Below are positions 9,270 through 15,736 of a DNA stretch of 32,000 bases, piece after piece. The position numbers and the translations under genes were made by a program. Origin of the DNA: Opitutales bacterium (GTDB lineage Bacteria; Verrucomicrobiota; Verrucomicrobiia; Opitutales; CAXXNP01); assembly GCA_963666595.2 (NCBI GenBank), contig CAXXSV010000002.1, positions 393,166-425,165 on the forward strand. Direction: 5' to 3'. Positions within the stretch are counted from its first letter, which is position 1. Every line of letters starts with the position of its first letter. A model generated the notes under the pieces. That model saw nothing but the letters and a program-made list of their open reading frames with translations, did no database searches and had not been told where the DNA came from.

Positions 9270-9301
9270 GTTCAAGGGTTCAAAAGTTCGAGAGTTGAAG
9301 A
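9270..9301 (+). repeat. Tandem octamer array GTTCAAGG GTTCAAAA GTTCGAGA GTTGAAGA (4 units)
   Basis: Read directly from the sequence. Period is 8 nt. The array lies in the intergenic region between the pseudopilin-like gene and rnr. Related arrays occur at 15712-15735 and 31718-31741. Confidence 0.8.
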
Positions 9302-9327
9302 CCTTAAACCTTCAGCTAACCAGGAAC

Positions 9328-9349
9328 TAAGAACCAATGACCAAGGACT
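9328..9349 (+). repeat. 22-nt unit TAAGAACCAATGACCAAGGACT, an inverted copy of the units at 11669-11690 and 11734-11755
   Basis: It matches the reverse complement of each downstream unit at 18 of 22 positions by hand alignment. It lies 44 nt upstream of the rnr ATG. Confidence 0.7.
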
Positions 9350-9392
9350 AATAGACCTACATCCTTCCTCCTTCTGCCTTCTGACTTTCCCT

Positions 9393-11663
9393 ATGTCCTT
9401 TGAGAACAAAGTAACCAATTTGATGCAAAGGGAGGACTACCTCCCTTTGACTTTCGATCAACTCGCCAAGCGCCTGAAATTAAACCAGGCAGACTCTAGA
9501 CGATTGCAAACGGAAATTAAGCGCTTGCTGCGTACCGGCGCTATCGTGCGTCTTAAAAAGGATAGGTTATGCCTTCCGAGCGATGCCGATCTCATGTCCG
9601 GTCGTATCCGATTCCGTCCAAGTGGTTTGGCTCACCTCGTCCCGAATGAAGAGCCAGGGACCGGCCGGAAGGATTTCTTGCCGATCCGTGCCGAGGATAC
9701 CTCGGTTGCCCTGCACGGTGACCATGTTCTGGTCCGACGTGTCAAAACCCGGCAAGTACCGCGCTACCGGAAGGGTGCTCGCGGACGTGCCGTGTCGGAA
9801 AAAGTTATCGAAACAGGCCGCGTTATACGCATTCTGAAACGGGCTCGCGAAACTCTCACCGGCACCCTTCAGCGCAGCCGCCTCTACTTCTTTGTAATTC
9901 CCGACGATCCTAGAATTTTTCACGATATCCTGGTTCCGGACCCTTCCAAAACAAAGTTGCGCCCGCGGCCCAAGGTTAACGACAAGGTAATTGTCCGCCT
10001 GTCCGAGTGGAAGCAACGACATTTGAATCCCGAAGGCAAAATAATAACCGTTCTGGGCAAAACTCATGCTCCGGATACAGAACTCAAAGCCCTTCTGCAT
10101 AGATATGACCTCCAGCCTGATTTTCCTGAAGAGGTCATACGGGAAACCTCGCGCATACCCCAAACGGTTTCTAAGACAGATTGTCGTAATCGCCTGGATT
10201 TGCGGAGCCTTTACGCATTTACCATCGATCCCGACGACGCCAAGGACTTTGACGATGCTCTAACGATTGAAAAGCAAAAGGACGGCGGTTTCCGGGTTGG
10301 CATTCACATCGCCGACGTCGCCGCCTATGTAAAGCCCAATTCAGCTCTCGATCGTGAGGCTAAAACCCGTGGCAATTCCACCTACCTGGTCGGCGCCGTA
10401 ATTCCCATGCTGCCGCACGCGCTTAGCAACGGTTTATGCAGCCTAGTCGAAGGAGAGGATCGATTGACAAAATCCGTATTTCTCACATTTACAGCCGGCG
10501 GCCGGCTCAAGGAGACCGAATTTGCCAATAGCGTAATTCACAGCCGCAAACGCCTGTCATACCAGCAAGCCTTTGCTTTGCTCAATGAAAAAGACTTGCG
10601 AAAAGTTCAGCGAATATCCGCTCCTGCAAAACATCAGACAGGTTTCCCAGGGAGTCCTCTGGCTGATCTTCCTATCGGTGAGTTGAAAGATCTGCGAGAA
10701 CGTATACGGGCGCTTTGGAATATTGCTTCAAAACTGCGCACCCATCGCATGACCAAAGGCAGTCTCGACCTCGATATGCCGGAAACAAAAATCTACCTCG
10801 ATGAAAAGGGCTACGTCGATTGCATCAAAAGTATCGAATACGATGAAAGCCATCAGCTCATCGAAGAGTTCATGCTCGCTGCAAATGAAGCCGTGGCACG
10901 CACCCTGTTCAATGTCAGTTTGCCGCTTATTCATCGCGTTCATGACAAGCCCGACCCGGAAAAACTCGACGAATTGCGCGAATATATGCTTGCCCTGCAC
11001 ATTCGAACCGGAGACTTGGTCCAACGCCGGGAGATGGTCGCCTTACTTGCGAAATTAAAATACCACCCCCAGGGCCACGTTCTGCGAATCCAGGTCTTGC
11101 GCAGCTTCAAACCGGCCTGCTATCGCGCCGATGCCGATGGCCATTACGGTCTCAACAAATCTCGTTACACCCACTTCACTTCACCAATTCGTCGCTACAC
11201 CGATTTGGTAGTTCACCGCATCTTCGACCAATACTTAAGCAAGCAGGGCTTGCCTACGGCTCTCAGTGAATCTCGAATAACCTATAAATACGGACGTCTG
11301 CGCAACATTGCACAGCACCTATCCATAACCGAGCAAAACAGCACTGAGGCAGAGCGTGAATCAGCCAAGATCAAGCAGATCGAATATTTTAAACGCGAAG
11401 TTGATAAAACCCGGAAAACGGTCTTTGAAGCCGTTATAATCGACATTAAAAACCACGGAATGTTTATCGAGTTGACTGAGTCGATGGCCTTCGGCCTTGT
11501 CCACATCTCTGCTCTCCGTGACGACCTCTATTCGGTCAGCCCTGACGGAAGATGCCTCACCGGCCGGCGGAAAAACAAAGAATATCTGCTCGGCCAAAAA
11601 ATAAAAGTTGTAGTTGAGCGCGTCGACCCCTTCAAACGTCAAATCGACTTCCGCCCGGCCTGA
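9393..11663 (+). CDS. rnr: Ribonuclease R (3'-5' exoribonuclease, RNB family)
   Basis: The N-terminal HTH-like region is followed by cold-shock-like domains. The RNB catalytic motif is IDPDDAKDFDDAL, with YGLNKSRYTHFTSPIRRYTDLVVHR further on. The C-terminal S1 domain is GMFIELTESMAFGLVHIS. Confidence 0.95.
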   Translation: MSFENKVTNLMQREDYLPLTFDQLAKRLKLNQADSRRLQTEIKRLLRTGAIVRLKKDRLCLPSDADLMSGRIRFRPSGLAHLVPNEEPGTGRKDFLPIRAEDTSVALHGDHVLVRRVKTRQVPRYRKGARGRAVSEKVIETGRVIRILKRARETLTGTLQRSRLYFFVIPDDPRIFHDILVPDPSKTKLRPRPKVNDKVIVRLSEWKQRHLNPEGKIITVLGKTHAPDTELKALLHRYDLQPDFPEEVIRETSRIPQTVSKTDCRNRLDLRSLYAFTIDPDDAKDFDDALTIEKQKDGGFRVGIHIADVAAYVKPNSALDREAKTRGNSTYLVGAVIPMLPHALSNGLCSLVEGEDRLTKSVFLTFTAGGRLKETEFANSVIHSRKRLSYQQAFALLNEKDLRKVQRISAPAKHQTGFPGSPLADLPIGELKDLRERIRALWNIASKLRTHRMTKGSLDLDMPETKIYLDEKGYVDCIKSIEYDESHQLIEEFMLAANEAVARTLFNVSLPLIHRVHDKPDPEKLDELREYMLALHIRTGDLVQRREMVALLAKLKYHPQGHVLRIQVLRSFKPACYRADADGHYGLNKSRYTHFTSPIRRYTDLVVHRIFDQYLSKQGLPTALSESRITYKYGRLRNIAQHLSITEQNSTEAERESAKIKQIEYFKREVDKTRKTVFEAVIIDIKNHGMFIELTESMAFGLVHISALRDDLYSVSPDGRCLTGRRKNKEYLLGQKIKVVVERVDPFKRQIDFRPA

Positions 11664-11668
11664 ATGGA

Positions 11669-11690
11669 GGTTCTTAGTCTTTGGTTCTTA
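11669..11690 (-). repeat. 22-nt unit GGTTCTTAGTCTTTGGTTCTTA (copy B1)
   Basis: It starts 6 nt after the rnr stop codon. It is 20 of 22 identical to copy B2 and is the reverse complement of the 9328-9349 unit at 18 of 22 positions. Confidence 0.7.
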
Positions 11691-11733
11691 AACCTTTGCC
11701 CCTTTGAGCCCTGGTCTCTAGTACTTGGTCCCT

Positions 11734-11755
11734 GGTCCTTAGTCTTTGGTCCTTA
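11734..11755 (-). repeat. 22-nt unit GGTCCTTAGTCTTTGGTCCTTA (copy B2)
   Basis: A direct repeat of B1 (20 of 22) located 65 nt downstream, and inverted relative to 9328-9349. Confidence 0.7.
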
Positions 11756-11857
11756 GTTCTTTGTGAATCCGACTGTATTTTTCTGTAAGGTTTTCCTCAC
11801 TACCAAGACTATATAAGCAACGTTCGAATTAAAAATCATAAAAAAGCCGACCTTATC

Positions 11858-12229
11858 ATGAAAAAATGCCTTACTAAAATATTATTCGCCGCCCTGCCAT
11901 TTGTGTTTTCCGGAATATTAGCCGGCGCCCCTCTGGATGGTCAACTGCTCGAAGATTCGAGGAACGCCGAACGGGACCTGCTGAGGGAGCGAATTCAAGA
12001 ACAAGCCTACATAGATATTCAGAAATCTACCGAAAAACTGAATGTTTCCATAGAAGAGCATCTAGAGCTCAACTCGGACATAGTTTATATATCTCCGGCT
12101 AAAGAAAATATACATATAACCAACGAAAAGGCCACTGGATTAAAAGGTCCTTTCCCAGCCGTTATATTGATTGCAGGTATTGATAATGCACTGCGCGCAA
12201 GTGTCTCCATTTTAAGAATTTTCATATAA
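11858..12229 (+). CDS. Hypothetical secreted protein (orphan, no recognisable domain)
   Basis: ATG-initiated 123-aa ORF with a signal-peptide-like N-terminus, MKKCLTKILFAALPFVFSGILAGAP. The stretch is visibly AT-richer than the neighbours, and 10 of 16 Ile codons are ATA. Coding status is uncertain. Confidence 0.4.
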   Translation: MKKCLTKILFAALPFVFSGILAGAPLDGQLLEDSRNAERDLLRERIQEQAYIDIQKSTEKLNVSIEEHLELNSDIVYISPAKENIHITNEKATGLKGPFPAVILIAGIDNALRASVSILRIFI

Positions 12230-12294
12230 ACGAGACTAAGTAAGCGACAATCCACTCAATAATACTTTGTTAATTTTAACCGATTTCAGTTTTT

Positions 12295-12822
12295 ATGAAA
12301 AATTACGATTACCAAAGACTATTGAAAGAAATCTGGGAGAAAGCGGTCAGGATTTACGCCGACGGCAACCGGGAACCAGATACTTATTTTGACGAGACCG
12401 ACAGCGCTTTTCTTGATTCAGTCGGCCTTACCGCTCAGGAAGTGTACGATTTCGCCGAGGATTTCAATGATGGAGGTGAGCCGGATTTTACTTCATTCGC
12501 CATGATCCAGGATGTCCGCCGGTTTTACTTCCTGAACAAGCAAAAAGGCCTGCGCAACGGCAATGAGGTGGACCCTGGTTCCCTGCCGGCCCCAGACTCA
12601 GAAGTCGAAGGCATTCCCTGGCTGCCTCGTATAATAGCAAAAGCGAATGCCAAGCTACGCGGAGAGATGCATCCCGATATCATGTTTTCCTGCGGCGCGG
12701 ACCGTAGATTCCTCAAGGAACACGATATCCACGCGGCCGAATTCCTGCGCGTCGTGGCCGACAATGAAGATAACGACCGGGCGGTCGTCGACTGGGTGCT
12801 GTCTCGTAAAAACGAGGCCTAA
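12295..12822 (+). CDS. DUF5069 domain-containing protein
   Basis: The C-terminal half IPWLPRIIAKANAKLRGEMHPDIMFSCGADRRFLKEHDIHAAEFLRVV fits my recollection of the DUF5069 pattern (L.R.IDKARAK..G....Y.Y.C..D..FL...GI....F). Confidence 0.6.
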   Translation: MKNYDYQRLLKEIWEKAVRIYADGNREPDTYFDETDSAFLDSVGLTAQEVYDFAEDFNDGGEPDFTSFAMIQDVRRFYFLNKQKGLRNGNEVDPGSLPAPDSEVEGIPWLPRIIAKANAKLRGEMHPDIMFSCGADRRFLKEHDIHAAEFLRVVADNEDNDRAVVDWVLSRKNEA

Positions 12823-12885
12823 AGATAAGTGTTGAGGTTTATTACAAATCTCCAGGGAGGTAATCAGCCTCCGATGCTTGGTCAT

Positions 12886-14310
12886 TTACCATAGGCCGAT
12901 AACTTTCCACCAGGCAAATCCAATAGGCAACCAGATTGCGACATGCACCAGTGACAGCAGAAATCCGACCCTCCACCATTGGGTCTGGCTAACATATCCC
13001 GAGCTGTATAAGACCACCGCTGAGCCTACGCCATAATGTGTCAATGAGGCGTTGATGCTGGAAAAATATCCGAAAGCAAGAGCTGCCAGCAATGGAGGTG
13101 AGCCCAAGCCAACTGATACCGCGAAAAACGCCGGCAATACCGCCAGGACATGTGCGGTGCTACTGGCAAAGGCGTAGTGAATGTACAGATATACCAACAG
13201 CAATAAGCACAATGCCAATGGCCAGCTCCATCCTTTGACTAATTCAGCAGCCGAATTTGCAAACGCAACCAGCAAGCCGTGTTCGCTCAGTTGCCCGGCC
13301 ATCATGATCAACCCCCCGAACCAGATCAACGTATTCCAGGCTGATTTGTCCCCCAGTATATCATCCCAGCTTAAAACTCGAAATAATAAAAGGCCGGAGA
13401 TTCCAACATAGGCGGCCATGGTGCTGGAGATGTCGTGCATTGGCCCCGTTACCCAAAGACCAAGCACCAAAACAACGACTGCAAGCATCACACGTTGTTC
13501 TCTCGTGACCGGCCCCATCTCCTTGAGGTGCTCCCGGGCGATACCCTGAACTTTTTCCGTATCCTTGATTTCCGGTGGGAAAAGACGGTAAACCGTGTAA
13601 GGAACGACTATAATTCCAACAATGCCGGGGACTAACGCAGCCCAAGCCCACTGGCTCCATGTAATTTCAATCCCGGCAACTTGTCGGGCAATTTCAACCA
13701 CTACGGGATTTGCAGCGCTTGCGGTCATAAACATCGCAGAAATCACCAAATCCGTCTGATACACTGTTTTTATCAAATAAGCGCCTAAGCGTTTCGCCGT
13801 CGACCCGGGATGAGAATCAAAAGCGCGGGCCATGCTTTGCGCAATCGGCGAAAGAATACCGCCCGCCCGGGCCGTGTTCGAGGCCGTCACCGGTGCAATA
13901 ACCAAGTCGGCAAGCACCAGGGAGTAACCCAGCCGCAACGAGCTTTTACCGAAGGCCGCAATAATATGGTAAGCGATGCGCTCACCCAGCCGCGTATCCT
14001 TAAACCCTTTGGCAAATATAAACGCGGCTACCACAAGCCATACCGTAGAGTTGGAAAATCCGCTGAGCGCCTCCCTGGTAGTTAAGATGCCTAGAATACC
14101 AAGCGTTGTTATCGAAATGATAACCAACGCGCCCATCGGCAAGGGCCGCGCAATCAGGCCGCTAATTGTAGCGGCAAATATGCAGAGCAATCCCCATGCA
14201 CTGGCATCGAAATCACCATGTGGACATATCCAGATCCCCGCCCCTACCGCCAACGGAACCATCCACCGCCAGAGATCGTTTGTTTTTTCTTGCGAGTTCA
14301 CCCGATGCAC
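12886..14310 (-). CDS. DASS-family anion:sodium symporter (CitT / 2-oxoglutarate-malate translocator-like dicarboxylate permease)
   Basis: A polytopic protein of about 470 aa carrying the DASS signature PVTASNTARAGGILSPIA. The track start (14310) is GTG and overlaps the upstream gene by 13 nt. An alternative ATG lies at 14262. Confidence 0.8.
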   Translation of the reverse strand: MHRVNSQEKTNDLWRWMVPLAVGAGIWICPHGDFDASAWGLLCIFAATISGLIARPLPMGALVIISITTLGILGILTTREALSGFSNSTVWLVVAAFIFAKGFKDTRLGERIAYHIIAAFGKSSLRLGYSLVLADLVIAPVTASNTARAGGILSPIAQSMARAFDSHPGSTAKRLGAYLIKTVYQTDLVISAMFMTASAANPVVVEIARQVAGIEITWSQWAWAALVPGIVGIIVVPYTVYRLFPPEIKDTEKVQGIAREHLKEMGPVTREQRVMLAVVVLVLGLWVTGPMHDISSTMAAYVGISGLLLFRVLSWDDILGDKSAWNTLIWFGGLIMMAGQLSEHGLLVAFANSAAELVKGWSWPLALCLLLLVYLYIHYAFASSTAHVLAVLPAFFAVSVGLGSPPLLAALAFGYFSSINASLTHYGVGSAVVLYSSGYVSQTQWWRVGFLLSLVHVAIWLPIGFAWWKVIGLW

Positions 14311-14690
14311 TTGAAAAAAGTGTCGAAAACCAGGAGCGCTCCGAGAACTGTCATTAATGCGCCGGCGAAGATGGAGGTGCGCCTCAAGCTCTCCTCCGTC
14401 CTGGGAACCACCTTTGCCATCGCTTGCGGAAAGAGGAGATAGATACTGCTTTTGACCACCGCGCTCCAGCCATAAAACGTGATAATGACGGGGATTTCAA
14501 ATGCCCACTTGTTATGCCCCACCACGATTATAAGGCCCACCGGCAAAGTCAGCATCCCGATTATGAAAGGCGCGCTTTTGCTATGGATAAAGTCGAACAA
14601 ATAATTCGCCCACCGTTTGGCCTGAACCAAGTGGGAAATTCCTATAATAAGAAGACCGACGGAGAAAATTTTGGCTATCGCTTCTTCCAT
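14298..14690 (-). CDS. Small integral membrane protein (about 4 TM, unknown function)
   Basis: ATG-initiated 130-aa ORF with four hydrophobic segments. It is co-oriented with, and overlaps or abuts, the DASS transporter gene. No motif was recognised. Confidence 0.55.
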   Translation of the reverse strand: MEEAIAKIFSVGLLIIGISHLVQAKRWANYLFDFIHSKSAPFIIGMLTLPVGLIIVVGHNKWAFEIPVIITFYGWSAVVKSSIYLLFPQAMAKVVPRTEESLRRTSIFAGALMTVLGALLVFDTFFKCIG

Positions 14691-14726
14691 TTTTCAAGTT
14701 GTATTTCGCATTTATAGATAATGGGC

Positions 14727-15668
14727 CTAATGCCCGCCTTCGTCGGAAAAAACCGAGGCCGCGCCATGCACCCGCATTCGGATTGAGTAAAGTGACGTCC
14801 GCGCTGTGATGAAAAGCGTTTTCCCGTCAATGCCTCCAAAACACACATTGCTCGGTTTTTCCGGCATTTCCAGTTCTTCGATTCTGTTGCCTTCCGAATC
14901 GTAAACCGAAACTACAAACGGGGGCTCTCTCCTTGGCGATGTGATATATACATTACCTTCACTGTCCATCGTCATGCCGTCGGATCCTTCCTCGGAAAAG
15001 AATCGCTTATTAGACAGCGTACCGTCCTCATTTATGTCGTAAACATAGTTCTTATTTCCGGCTTGGTCGGCAAGGTATAGGACCTTGCCGTCGGGACTTC
15101 CGAGAACACCGTTGGGCCGTATAAAATCATCAACTACCCGGATGAGTTCCTTTCGGTCAGGAGTTATATAATAAATATGCTCGCCGTCCTGCTCAAGACC
15201 ATCCCTGTTGCCATAGCGTGGATCGCTGAAATAGATGCCGTTCTTCGGGTCCACCCAAAGGTCGTTGGGGCTGTTCAGTTTCTTGTTATCGTATTCGTCG
15301 GCAAGAACGGTTGTTTCGCCGTTCATTTTAATGGATACCACCTTTCTGTTCCCTCCTTCGCAAACAAGGAGATTTCCCTCACGGTCAAAAGCCAGACCAT
15401 TGGCCCCGCCGGAGTTTTCACGAAAGGTGGTGAGGTTTCCATCCAACGACCACTTGTGAATGCGGTTGTTGCGAATATCCGTAAAGAAAATATTTCCATC
15501 TGAATCCGCCACCGGTCCTTCGGTAAAGGCAAACCCGCTCGCCAGTTTTTCCACCATCGCCCCGGACGCGAATACGCTGTCATGTTTCTCGTGGTCGGTC
15601 CCGCTGCCGCAACCGGCTGTATTAAACATCAATAACAATCCCAATATTCTGATAAAATACATTTTCAT
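14727..15668 (-). CDS. SMP-30/gluconolactonase/LRE-family beta-propeller protein, probable lipoprotein
   Basis: FTEGPVADSDGNIFFTDIRNNRIHKW and the repeated blade motifs (NGLAFD, PNDLWVD, PNGV, DGMTMD) are typical of SMP-30 lactonases. The N-terminus LLMFNTAGCGSG resembles a lipobox. Confidence 0.85.
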   Translation of the reverse strand: MKMYFIRILGLLLMFNTAGCGSGTDHEKHDSVFASGAMVEKLASGFAFTEGPVADSDGNIFFTDIRNNRIHKWSLDGNLTTFRENSGGANGLAFDREGNLLVCEGGNRKVVSIKMNGETTVLADEYDNKKLNSPNDLWVDPKNGIYFSDPRYGNRDGLEQDGEHIYYITPDRKELIRVVDDFIRPNGVLGSPDGKVLYLADQAGNKNYVYDINEDGTLSNKRFFSEEGSDGMTMDSEGNVYITSPRREPPFVVSVYDSEGNRIEELEMPEKPSNVCFGGIDGKTLFITARTSLYSIRMRVHGAASVFSDEGGH

Positions 15669-15711
15669 AATGTCACTTTTTCTTGATATATAGTTGTAAG
15701 CACGAAGAATA

Positions 15712-15735
15712 TTTCAAGAGTTCAAAGGTTCAAAG
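15712..15735 (+). repeat. Tandem octamer array TTTCAAGA GTTCAAAG GTTCAAAG (3 units)
   Basis: Read directly from the sequence. It ends 1 nt from the polB stop codon (15737-15739, minus strand). It belongs to the same family as 9270-9301. Confidence 0.75.
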
Positions 15736-15736
15736 A

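Noticed and set aside
9270-9357. The periodic intergenic repeats as a CRISPR array or minisatellite-encoded peptide.
   Set aside because: The units are only 8-22 nt with no unique spacers of CRISPR size, and no cas genes are present. Translations of the arrays (FKGSKV-like) arise only inside spurious ORFs.
14298-14310. The 13-nt overlap between the small membrane protein gene and the DASS transporter, as evidence of a two-component transporter.
   Set aside because: The overlap depends on a GTG start for the transporter, and an ATG at 14262 would remove it. The small protein has no recognisable family. Co-orientation alone is too weak to claim an accessory subunit.
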